A stretch of DNA of 64,000 bases from Planctomycetota bacterium (GTDB lineage: Bacteria; Planctomycetota; PLA2; JAEUHO01): NCBI GenBank assembly GCA_050248855.1, contig JBFWRP010000005.1:64001-128000 (forward strand). Direction: 5' to 3'. A model generated the notes under the pieces. That model was not told where the DNA came from. It searched no databases and was given only the letters and a program-made list of their open reading frames with translations. This document shows positions 21,151-30,166 of the stretch, one piece after another; position 1 is the stretch's first letter, and every line of letters starts with the position of its first letter. A program made the translations under genes and the position numbers.

Positions 21151-21571
21151 CGTCTGGTGCCGTAGCCGTCAGGCCGCACGCCCGGTAGAGCGCCATGGCG
21201 GCAGCATTGCTGCGGTTCGTCACGACCCATGCCCCGCGAGCGTCCAACGCGCGCGCCTCCTCGAGGAACGCCTCGACCAGGCGCCGGCCGATGCCCTTGC
21301 GCCGCCAAGCGCTCAGGACGTCGATCTCGTACAGCAGCAGGTGCGGCCGCGCTGCGTAGGGTGTGGGCAGGCGATGGCCGATCAGGCTGCCGACGGCCTC
21401 CGCATCGACTTCGGCCACGAGGAGGTAGCTGGCCTCGTCGCCCAAGAAAGCCGCCAGGGCCTCGCGGTCCGCGGACGCATGTCCGTTCACGTCGGCCACG
21501 GCTCGGCGCGCCAGCTCGAGATCTCCCGCGCCTGCCCGGCGCACGCGAACATCGTTCTCCGGGTCACCCAT
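21128..21571 (-). CDS. GNAT N-acetyltransferase (copy 2)
   Basis: 147 aa; 116/147 identical to 17247-17690 by manual ungapped alignment. Confidence 0.9.
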   Translation of the reverse strand: MGDPENDVRVRRAGAGDLELARRAVADVNGHASADREALAAFLGDEASYLLVAEVDAEAVGSLIGHRLPTPYAARPHLLLYEIDVLSAWRRKGIGRRLVEAFLEEARALDARGAWVVTNRSNAAAMALYRACGLTATAPDDVVSKLV

Positions 21572-21716
21572 GCAAGCTCCCTGCAGGCACGTCGAAGAGC
21601 GTAGGACATCGCCCCGCTTCCTGCCTGAGCCCGCGACGCTTGCCCGCCTGCAACAAGCTGTTCCGCCTCCGCGTCCCGCGCCCTCGCGACCAGGTGTCCA
21701 CGCCCACGCCAGGCGG

Positions 21717-23513
21717 CTACCGGACGCGAGGCCGCCGCGGTAGCGCGGCCAGCGTCAACTCGACCTTCGTCGTCTTGCCGGGCGCGACGTCCGCGCCCGC
21801 CGCCGCGCTGCGATCGGCCCAGGAGACGTCGACCCGCAAGCGGCCCGGTTCCACGGCCTCGGCGAGATAGCGCCCCTCGTGGTCGGTGAAGTGGTCAACA
21901 CGCTGGACCGACGCATCGCGGTCGCCCCATCGCGTCGGGCCGAAGTCCACCGTGAGGGAGCGGACCCGCACCCGCGCGAAGGGAAGGGGACTGCCCGATT
22001 CGTCCACGACGTGCACGTCCAAGGCGCCGCCTTGCGGCTCCGCCAGGACGATCTCGTTCCCGGTTCCCAAGGCGACGCTCGTGTCGAGCGACGTGGGCAC
22101 GAGACCGGGTTCGAGGAGCCGGAGGCGGACTGGGCCGGCTTGGAGGACGAACTCGTAGACGCCTTCCGGGTCTGCCTGCCACCGCACGCCTGCCATCCAG
22201 AACTGGGCTCCGGCTGCGGGCTGTCCGTCGAGTCGCACGATGCGTAGGGTTCCCGAGGCGCTAGACGCGTCCGGATGCTGCCGGCTGGGCCTGGAGCCGA
22301 AGCCACGAGGCGCGAGCCGCGCCTCCCGGACGCGCCACGTGCGCGCAAGGCCGGCCGTGCGGGCTTGTGCGGTGCTTCGCGGATCCACGCCGCCCCCGTG
22401 GACGATCCGCTTGGCCTCGCCTGGCACCTCCGTGTCGAACTGCGCCGGCATGCGTCCCGTCACCTCCGCCACGACGGGATGACGAGCGACGTCCTCCCGT
22501 GGCGCGTCGCCCGCCAGGCGCGCCACGAACTCCGTGTCGCGGAAGTAGGGGACGCCAACGAGCGACAGCTCCCTACGGCTCCGCTGCAGGGGGACGAGCG
22601 CCGACTCCTCGTCACCGATGCGTACCCGGGAGAGCTTGGCTTCCAGCACCTCGGGCTCGAGTCCGCGCTCGGTGCGAGGCACGACACGCACCTCCCGCTG
22701 CAGCGGGTACACGACGAGCAGCGACGTGGCGCCGTGGGCCACGTGCTGCTCGAAGATGGCGGGCTCCCACGCCACGTACCGGGACGGCGCCTCGACCTCC
22801 AGCGCCACGACGCAGGGTCCCCCCGGACGAGCGAAGGTGGAGGCGGAGCCCGTACCGGCCGTCACGAAGGGCTGCTCGGGATCACCGTGCACGTGGACTC
22901 GCCACCGCACGTCCTGCACGACCAGGCCCGTCGCGGCATCCACGGCCCGCATGCGTACCGGCCAGCCCGTGGACACCTCCATGCGCACGGCGGGGCCGAG
23001 CACGGCCCACGAGGGGGCCTCGTTGCCATGCGGTGGCCCGGACAGCGGACTCACGTCGACGGCTCGCAGCACCGTGGATCCGTCGTAGGGCTGCCGCTCG
23101 AGCGTGGCCTTGCCGTCCGCATCCGTGCGCACGACCTGCGGAGGTCCCGACGCGGGCTCCACGCGCACGCGCGTGTGCGCAAGGGCCAAGCCGTGAAGGC
23201 TGACGACCTCGATCCGGACCGGACCGTGAGCCACGGGGAGGGTGCGCGCGGGTCCGTCCGACGGAGACTCGCCGCCGGGGGGAGACGTGACGACGCCCTT
23301 CATGCCCACGTGCCCGGCTGGGCGGCGAGCCGGCAACGCATCGACGTCGAGCCTCTCGACGTCCAGCGGAGCGCCGCCCCCACCCGCTGGCCCTCCCGAG
23401 TCCAGCGTGGGCAGCCTCGGCCCCCCCTCCCGAAGCAGCCACCACACGGCCACGCTCGCGCCGAACACTACGAGCACGAGCAGGACCTGCTTCGGATGTC
23501 GCGCCTTGCCCAT
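21717..23513 (-). CDS. Membrane-anchored carboxypeptidase-regulatory-like domain protein
   Basis: N-terminal TM (LLVLVVFGASVAVWWLL); RTDADGKA, VVDESGSPLPFARV and TDHEGRY repeats. Confidence 0.7.
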   Translation of the reverse strand: MGKARHPKQVLLVLVVFGASVAVWWLLREGGPRLPTLDSGGPAGGGGAPLDVERLDVDALPARRPAGHVGMKGVVTSPPGGESPSDGPARTLPVAHGPVRIEVVSLHGLALAHTRVRVEPASGPPQVVRTDADGKATLERQPYDGSTVLRAVDVSPLSGPPHGNEAPSWAVLGPAVRMEVSTGWPVRMRAVDAATGLVVQDVRWRVHVHGDPEQPFVTAGTGSASTFARPGGPCVVALEVEAPSRYVAWEPAIFEQHVAHGATSLLVVYPLQREVRVVPRTERGLEPEVLEAKLSRVRIGDEESALVPLQRSRRELSLVGVPYFRDTEFVARLAGDAPREDVARHPVVAEVTGRMPAQFDTEVPGEAKRIVHGGGVDPRSTAQARTAGLARTWRVREARLAPRGFGSRPSRQHPDASSASGTLRIVRLDGQPAAGAQFWMAGVRWQADPEGVYEFVLQAGPVRLRLLEPGLVPTSLDTSVALGTGNEIVLAEPQGGALDVHVVDESGSPLPFARVRVRSLTVDFGPTRWGDRDASVQRVDHFTDHEGRYLAEAVEPGRLRVDVSWADRSAAAGADVAPGKTTKVELTLAALPRRPRVR

Positions 23514-23774
23514 CACGCGATCGCCCACCCTACGACAAACGGGCGCAAAGCCGCGCCGCTCCTCGAGCCACGCCTCGGGCACCGCGTGCTCGCTCACCGG
23601 GCCCATGCCGCAGCCGGACGGGTACGGAAGGCGACCCTGGACGAGGAGCCCGCCACGGGCGCACCGCTCACGTAGCCTGGGCGCGAGGGCATGGGGGCAG
23701 GGTGACGGCGCCCGCAAGGAGCCGGGGCTTGCGGGCTTCCTGCACGGAGCCCCTCGAGTCCTGGGAGCCACGCC

Positions 23775-24806
23775 ATGAGCGAGTCGCCCTCCGCAGAGCG
23801 TGCCTGGCTTCGCCCCGGGTTCCTCCGGCGATCGATCACGTTGCTCGCGCGCGCCGGCGTGCTCGGAGGGTTGGCCCTGCTGGTGTTCGCATGGCGCCTG
23901 CCGCTAGACCCGACCACGGGCCCTGCCCACCCCAGGTGGGAGCTGATGGCCGCGTTGATCGACACCCTGCGGTTCCAGCTCGGCGTGGCGTTGGGTGTTG
24001 CGACGCTGTGGCTGACGCTCGTCCGGTCGTGGCGCTTCGCCGTCCTCGCGCTGCTGCTGTGTGCGTGGGCCGTCCTCCCCGCGCTGACGTGGCCCGCGAG
24101 CGAGCGTCAAGCCGTGTCCGGCGCAGCGTCCGTTCGCGTGATGTCGATCAACCTGGGCATGAACATGGCCGACGAGGACCTCGTCCTCGAGGCCTTGCGC
24201 CAGATCGACCCCGACGTCCTGGTCATCCAGGAGTACACGCCCACCTGGGCGCGCCGCCTCGTCGCTCGGTTCACCGAGCAACTTCCGCATCGCGTGGAGC
24301 GTCCACGCGAGGACGCGTTCGGCATCGCGGCCTTCTCGAGCCAGCCGTGGTTGCGCGTGGACGAGCTCGAGCTCGACGGGTCGCCCGCGCCGCAGCTGCG
24401 TCTCGAGCTCGCGCTCGGTGAGACGCCTGTCGTCCTGTACGCGATCCACCTGCTGCCGCCCGTGGCCGCACGCTACACCGCCCACCGCAGGCAGTGCGCC
24501 GACCTCCTGAAACGGTTGGCCAGCGAGGGCCCGCACACCTTGGCCGCGGGCGACTTCAACCTCGTGGACCACGCGAGCATCGGGCGTGCGCTGCACCAGC
24601 TCGGCTACCTGGACGCGCACGGTCTGGCGGGCCGAAGCCGAGGGGCAACGTGGCCGGAACGTGGTTGGCTGCGGTTCCTGCCCGGCGTCCGCATCGACCA
24701 CGTGTATCTGGGCAACGGGTTGACGAGCACGGCCGCCTGGGTCGCGGAGCGCACCGGTAGTGACCACCTCCCCATCGCCTGCGATGTGACCTTGGCCCGC
24801 AAGTGA
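23775..24806 (+). CDS. Endonuclease/exonuclease/phosphatase (EEP) family membrane protein
   Basis: Three N-terminal TMs; MSIN, DVLVIQE, AGDFN, RIDHV and GSDHLP motifs. Confidence 0.88.
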   Translation: MSESPSAERAWLRPGFLRRSITLLARAGVLGGLALLVFAWRLPLDPTTGPAHPRWELMAALIDTLRFQLGVALGVATLWLTLVRSWRFAVLALLLCAWAVLPALTWPASERQAVSGAASVRVMSINLGMNMADEDLVLEALRQIDPDVLVIQEYTPTWARRLVARFTEQLPHRVERPREDAFGIAAFSSQPWLRVDELELDGSPAPQLRLELALGETPVVLYAIHLLPPVAARYTAHRRQCADLLKRLASEGPHTLAAGDFNLVDHASIGRALHQLGYLDAHGLAGRSRGATWPERGWLRFLPGVRIDHVYLGNGLTSTAAWVAERTGSDHLPIACDVTLARK

Positions 24807-24828
24807 GGCCCGTGCGGCCGACGCGACC

Positions 24829-27354
24829 TCACTTCGGCTCGAGCCGCACCTCGAGGGGCTCGGTCAGTCCCGGTTTCACGTCGACGTCCAGGGTCGCCGG
24901 CTGGAAGTCCTCCGCGGAGAGCTCGAGCCGCACGCGGCGCACGGGGAGGCCGGTGATCCAAGCCTGATCCGCCCCCCGTTCGTCAGGCAGGACATGCGCC
25001 CAGACGCCCATCGTCACGCGCCCGCGGTGGAGCAGGAGGGACGCGCCGGAGTCCGGGTCCAGAACGCGCACGGCCATGCGCCCGTGGGGAATGGCAACTC
25101 CTGATGGCACGACGAAGCGGACAGGGACCCGCTCGTAGGACCGCAGCTCCACCGTGCCGAGGTCCTTGGCCTCGGCTGCAGCAAGCTCGAAGGCAACGAC
25201 GTGGGGCTCGGTCGAACCCGACCACACCAGCACCTCGTACGACCCGGCGGCCAAGAGGGGGACGTGGATCCTCCCCTGCGGGTCCGGTCGCCCCGAAGCG
25301 ACTTCGACGTTGCTCTCGTCCTTGATCTGTACGCCCCCACGCATGCCGTCCAGCGCTGAACCGCGGACGAGGACGCGCATCGCGATCGACGCGGTACCTG
25401 GCGCCCGCAGGTCGATCCGCGCGCTGCCCGTGGGGACGTCGATCTGTCCGAAGACGATGCTGGCGCGATCGAAGCGAACCCTCGCGGTTTGGCTTCCGGC
25501 CGGGACGAATGGGATCTCGAAGGCCCCGTCGGCATCCGTCGGGGCCGAGGCGGAGGACCGCCCCATGTCGACGTGCCCGCCGGAAAGCGGATCACCCCGG
25601 TCGTTCGTGACCGTGCCTGTGACGCGGGCACTCGGCTCGAGCCTCCACGTGATGAGCGGAATCCGACCCTCGGGGACCTGGATGTCGCGCTCCAGATGAG
25701 GAAGACGGCTCGAGCGGGCGATCGACAGGCGGTAGGCCCCTGGCTCGGGCGCGTCGAGTCGCATCATGCCATCGCGCGCGATCGTGGTCGTCGACGAGAT
25801 GGAGAACGGGGAGCCGTCGGTCCGCGCCAGCCGGCAGCGGAGTTCCATGCCGAGCGCGTCCTCGGGCAGGTTCTCGAGCTGGATCACGAGCGCGCGGGCG
25901 GGCTCGAGCGACAGCTCGGGTGGCAGACCCTCGACGCCGACCTCGAAGGTGCTCTCCACGGCCTGGTAGCCCTCGCGCGAGAGCTCGAGCGTGTAGGTCG
26001 CATGCGGCACGTACGGGAAGCGGAACCGGCCCTCCGCATCGGTCCGAAGGAAGCCCGCGCGAGCTTGGAGCGTACCGAGTGGCTGGCGTCGGAGCACGAC
26101 GTTTACATCTCCGACCGGCTTGCCGGTGTACGCATCGACCACCACCGACTCCAAGTCGATGCCGCGATCCAGCACGACGTCGCGCATCACGAGCGCGCCG
26201 CCGCGCATCTCGACGTCGGACGACAGGATCAAGCCGAGCGAGTCCGGCTGATCGTCCCGCCCGAGCCGCAGGAACACCGCGCGCGGGTGGACCCACTCGG
26301 CGTGGATGTGGTAGCGACCCTGCGCGTCGGTGATCGCCTCCGCGCTGACCGATCCCCACAGCGCAACGCGTGCCCCCACGAGTGGCGTGCCGTCGGCAAA
26401 GCGGATCCGCCCCGCGACGCTGCCCTTGTCGGCCGGTATCGGCAAGTCGGGAGGCCACGCGCCCGCTCCGACGCCCGCGGTCGCGAGCCCGGGCCGATTC
26501 GCGGCCTCCGCCCTGTCGGGCCTGGGAGCGCCGACAAGCGTCGGACTCACGCCAACCTCGTTACTGCCACGCACGTCTGGAGCGGGCCCGTCGAGGCTCG
26601 AGCTGGCGGGCTCCGGACGCGAGACCCACAGGGTCGTGGTGGTTGCCAGGAACGCGACCAGCACTCCGGTAGCGACGAGGGCCTTCTTCACGGCGAGTCC
26701 TCCGAGCACGAGGGGGAGCGCGCCGACGGCGGGCGCCACGGCGAGCTGGGCGCCGTGGGCCACGACGCGCTCGCGGATCGCAGCGAGCCCCCCTCCCACC
26801 GGCAGCGCCGCCAGGGCCGGGGAGCGCCGATCGGGCGGCAGACGCCGGCGTAGCAGGTCGAGTCCGCGGTGGATCTGCGATCGCACCGTGGCGGGCGACC
26901 GATCGAGGAGCACCGCGATCTCCGCCGGGGCCCGGTCGTGGCGCAACCGCAGCACCAGCACTTGGCGGTAGGGCTCGGGGAGCGTATCGACCGCCTCCTC
27001 GATCGCCTCGGACCATTCGACGTCCATCCACGCGTCGGCGCTCGCGTCGACGGCCTCGGGCCCCGTGCCCGCCAGACCCAAGGCCCTCCGCGCCCGCCGG
27101 CCCTGCGTGTGGGCATGGTTGCGCAGGATGCCGACGAGCCACGGCACGAGCGGACGCTCCGCGTCGTATGCGTCGGCGCGCACGATCGCCGTCAGGAACG
27201 TCTCCTGCAGCAGGTCCTCGGCCTCCGCCGGATGGCGTGCGAAGTGCATGGCGATGCGCAGCAGCTCGGGCGCCGTCCGATCGAACACGGCCGCGAGCGC
27301 CGCGAGGTCACCGCGCCTGCGGTATCGATCGAAGAGGGTCTCGGGGCGTGCCAT
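24829..27354 (-). CDS. ECF sigma-70 factor fused to a TM helix and extracytoplasmic carboxypeptidase-regulatory-like domains
   Basis: Region 2 (AEAEDLLQETFL...PWLVGI), region 4 (LPEPYRQVLVLR...EIAVLL...TVRSQIHRG), TM, then TDAQGRY, TDAEGRF and TDADGAF repeats. Confidence 0.9.
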   Translation of the reverse strand: MARPETLFDRYRRRGDLAALAAVFDRTAPELLRIAMHFARHPAEAEDLLQETFLTAIVRADAYDAERPLVPWLVGILRNHAHTQGRRARRALGLAGTGPEAVDASADAWMDVEWSEAIEEAVDTLPEPYRQVLVLRLRHDRAPAEIAVLLDRSPATVRSQIHRGLDLLRRRLPPDRRSPALAALPVGGGLAAIRERVVAHGAQLAVAPAVGALPLVLGGLAVKKALVATGVLVAFLATTTTLWVSRPEPASSSLDGPAPDVRGSNEVGVSPTLVGAPRPDRAEAANRPGLATAGVGAGAWPPDLPIPADKGSVAGRIRFADGTPLVGARVALWGSVSAEAITDAQGRYHIHAEWVHPRAVFLRLGRDDQPDSLGLILSSDVEMRGGALVMRDVVLDRGIDLESVVVDAYTGKPVGDVNVVLRRQPLGTLQARAGFLRTDAEGRFRFPYVPHATYTLELSREGYQAVESTFEVGVEGLPPELSLEPARALVIQLENLPEDALGMELRCRLARTDGSPFSISSTTTIARDGMMRLDAPEPGAYRLSIARSSRLPHLERDIQVPEGRIPLITWRLEPSARVTGTVTNDRGDPLSGGHVDMGRSSASAPTDADGAFEIPFVPAGSQTARVRFDRASIVFGQIDVPTGSARIDLRAPGTASIAMRVLVRGSALDGMRGGVQIKDESNVEVASGRPDPQGRIHVPLLAAGSYEVLVWSGSTEPHVVAFELAAAEAKDLGTVELRSYERVPVRFVVPSGVAIPHGRMAVRVLDPDSGASLLLHRGRVTMGVWAHVLPDERGADQAWITGLPVRRVRLELSAEDFQPATLDVDVKPGLTEPLEVRLEPK

Positions 27355-27526
27355 TCCACCCATCCTTGTCGTCGAAGGGGGCATGCGTTGCAGGAAGCTC
27401 GGATTCTCCCCAACCGGGGGCGCGCGCATCGGCGCAGGAGCCCACCACGCCGCGGATGGCAACCGGCTGCTCGTTCGGCTGACCGGGAGCCGCGACGCCC
27501 CCAGTCCCCCCGAGCACGCGGCGACC

Positions 27527-28201
27527 CTACGTCCGCTGACGACCGTGTGGCGAATCGCGAGCCAGTCGGAGCGCCGTCGCCTTGTTCACGTAGTGGCCGG
27601 CACTCGGCATCGCCACCGCCCAGAGGGCCACGATCTGCAAGCCGAGGCCCAGCAGACCGAGGAGGACCGGCTCCTCGCCGATGGTGATCAGCGAGTAGAA
27701 GAGACCGAGCGACCACAGCACCACGAGCAGATTGCGCGCCCAGATCCGGCCTCGAGCAAGCGCCACGGCGAGTGCCCCGCCGCCGACCGCGACGATCAAG
27801 AGGACCGCGCCGACAAGCAGGGCCTTGCTGCGCCCCGCCGCCGGCACGTGCGACCCTGCCTCTCCCCAGATCAGCCCCGCGATGATGAAGTTCAGGAAGG
27901 CTGCCTGCACCACGAACACGATCGCCACCACGATGCTGGCCGGCATGCGCAGGGGCGTCTCGTCGAAGATGGTCGGCGGAGGCTTGCGCGCGATGGGGCG
28001 AACCCGGGGCGGCGGAGCAATCACGGCCTCCCAGGGTTGGCCGAGGGCCACGCCTAGCGGCTGCCAAGCGGCCTGGTCGTGCGAAGCCGGCGTGGCCTCA
28101 TCCACGTGCTGGGCACGAGCGAGATCGGCGACCTGGGCACGCGTAAAGGGGCCCATCTCTTGGCCCTCGACATGAACCCACCACTGCTCGGACGCATCCA
28201 T
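27527..28201 (-). CDS. GYF_2 (DUF4339) domain membrane protein
   Basis: WWVHVEGQEMGPF...WQP at the N-terminus followed by about 4 TMs. Confidence 0.8.
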   Translation of the reverse strand: MDASEQWWVHVEGQEMGPFTRAQVADLARAQHVDEATPASHDQAAWQPLGVALGQPWEAVIAPPPRVRPIARKPPPTIFDETPLRMPASIVVAIVFVVQAAFLNFIIAGLIWGEAGSHVPAAGRSKALLVGAVLLIVAVGGGALAVALARGRIWARNLLVVLWSLGLFYSLITIGEEPVLLGLLGLGLQIVALWAVAMPSAGHYVNKATALRLARDSPHGRQRT

Positions 28202-28301
28202 GCAGGCGAGAGCGTAGCGAACGCCCACCGAACACGCCATGGGCGGGTGGTCCGGGCTCGCGACACATGTGAGCGGCCCCCGTGGCGTCGGCGTACCGCC
28301 A

Positions 28302-29960
28302 TCAGGGGAGGCGGCGTAGCCCTTCCTCCGTCTCCTCGAACCGCGTGACCTGACCGGCCTCCACGGTCACCTCGTGCTCTTCGATCGGCTCACCCTTGCC
28401 ACCGAATCGCTGAAGCGTGTACCGGCCCGGTACGAGCCACCACGTGGTGCCAGCTCCCACGACACCATCGGAGTCGTTCGAGCGGCTGGAGAGCCATGAC
28501 ATCCGGTTGCTCCCGTCCTCGAACATGCAGCGTGTGGGCACGTTGCCGTCTCGCACGCGCAACGTGCGGCGCGGTGCCTGGGGCCCGCGCGAGCCGAGGA
28601 CGTGCAGGCCCCCCGCCCTCTGCACGGGCAACCGGACCTCCAGACGGTCCCCGACCGCGGCCTCGATCGCCATGGGCGACGCAACCCAGACTTCGTCTCC
28701 GTGGACGATGGCACCGGCGACCTCGGCCCCACCTGGCTCGAACAGGACGAGAAGGCAACGGTTGCCGCGGGCGGACGCGAGCGGGCCTCCCCACGGCCCC
28801 TTGCGAGAAGCGTGCTTCGCCCCCACGGAGCACGCTGGAGGCCGCTCCACCATTGCGAAGGGGTTGTCCAGCTCCACGCCCACCAAGATGGACTCGTCGT
28901 GGAACGTCTCGTCGAAGCTGATCTCGACGACATCGTCCAGCTTCAGGTCGTCGGTTTCGACGGGCGGGGATTCCGCGCCGCGCAGGCGGTGGTCGAGCCG
29001 CCACCTGCCCGGCATGAGCCGCAGCTTCTGCTCCCGGAGGAACAGGTCAAACGACCTCCACGCCTGCTCGCTACCGTCGGGCAACAGCCTCACGGTCTGC
29101 AACTCGCGAGGCGCCGCAGGGTAGTACGTCCCACCGAGCGTGGCACCGAGGCGAGGTAGGACGACGGGGTTGCGTTGGATGGCGATCTCGACCTCCTCGT
29201 CGTCCAACACGATGGGCCGTTCACGGAATCCGGCGAACTCGGCAAGCACGTTCCAGCCGCCACGCTCCGGCATCGTGACGGTCAAGGAGGTCGTGTGAAA
29301 CCCACCCAGCGTGAAGCGACCGTCGGGTCCTGTCGTCACCTCTTGCAGCAGATCCACTTCGGTGTCCCGAACCAGCAAGCGAATGTCGGGGACTCCCACG
29401 CCGCTCTTGTCGACAGCACGTCCACGAAGCTGGTGCGTTCCGACATATCCGGCGCCGACGCCGAGGCCGAACGGCGGCTGCACGACATCGCCCTGCGGCA
29501 TGCGGCCAGGCATGAACAGCTGCAGGCGGCCCTCGGCCTCGATGTAGGGGATCACGAAGCCCGCTTCGTCCCCTTCGAGGCGAAAGGAAGCGGGACCCTT
29601 CGATAGGTCCAGCTCCTCGGTGGTGTACACGCGGGTGGGAGGCTCCGAGGTCATGCCGGAGCGCGGCCACCAGTGCGCGACCACGCGTGCCTTGGACACC
29701 TCGGGTCGGATGGACTGCACGGTCCCGAAGTACCACCAGCGGTCGTGACGCGGCGCATGCGCGTGCTTGGACGGCTCCCTCGTCTCATAGGTTGGGGCTA
29801 CCAGCTCGGGGGTCCCGCCTCCAAGGTCCGTGGGGTCCCCACCCGCGGGACCGTTCTTCGCGGTCGCTACGTCACCCGACTCGTCTGACAACCATGCGAG
29901 CGCACCGAGGGCCACCGCGAGCACCGACAGGACAGCCACTCGCTTGGCGGTGCGACTCAC
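28302..29960 (-). CDS. Membrane-anchored carboxypeptidase-regulatory-like domain protein
   Basis: N-terminal TM; LRGRAVDKSGVGVPD...TTGPDGRFTL; LVPGRYTL...EVTVEAGQVT. Confidence 0.7.
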   Translation of the reverse strand: MSRTAKRVAVLSVLAVALGALAWLSDESGDVATAKNGPAGGDPTDLGGGTPELVAPTYETREPSKHAHAPRHDRWWYFGTVQSIRPEVSKARVVAHWWPRSGMTSEPPTRVYTTEELDLSKGPASFRLEGDEAGFVIPYIEAEGRLQLFMPGRMPQGDVVQPPFGLGVGAGYVGTHQLRGRAVDKSGVGVPDIRLLVRDTEVDLLQEVTTGPDGRFTLGGFHTTSLTVTMPERGGWNVLAEFAGFRERPIVLDDEEVEIAIQRNPVVLPRLGATLGGTYYPAAPRELQTVRLLPDGSEQAWRSFDLFLREQKLRLMPGRWRLDHRLRGAESPPVETDDLKLDDVVEISFDETFHDESILVGVELDNPFAMVERPPACSVGAKHASRKGPWGGPLASARGNRCLLVLFEPGGAEVAGAIVHGDEVWVASPMAIEAAVGDRLEVRLPVQRAGGLHVLGSRGPQAPRRTLRVRDGNVPTRCMFEDGSNRMSWLSSRSNDSDGVVGAGTTWWLVPGRYTLQRFGGKGEPIEEHEVTVEAGQVTRFEETEEGLRRLP

Positions 29961-30166
29961 GCTGCGGCCTCGTCGGTCGCGGCGGACGCCGCGTCAGCGC
30001 TCCGCCGGCGTGCGCAGCAAACGCGCGCACGGGGTGCGGGCGAGGGCCAGAGGGCCCCCACCGCCGTGGACCGTGCATCTTGCGTCTGCATGTCCGACCT
30101 CGGCACCTCTCCCCTCTCCGCACCGCCTGCTGTGTGCACCGACCACGCATCACCGGGCGTTCGATC

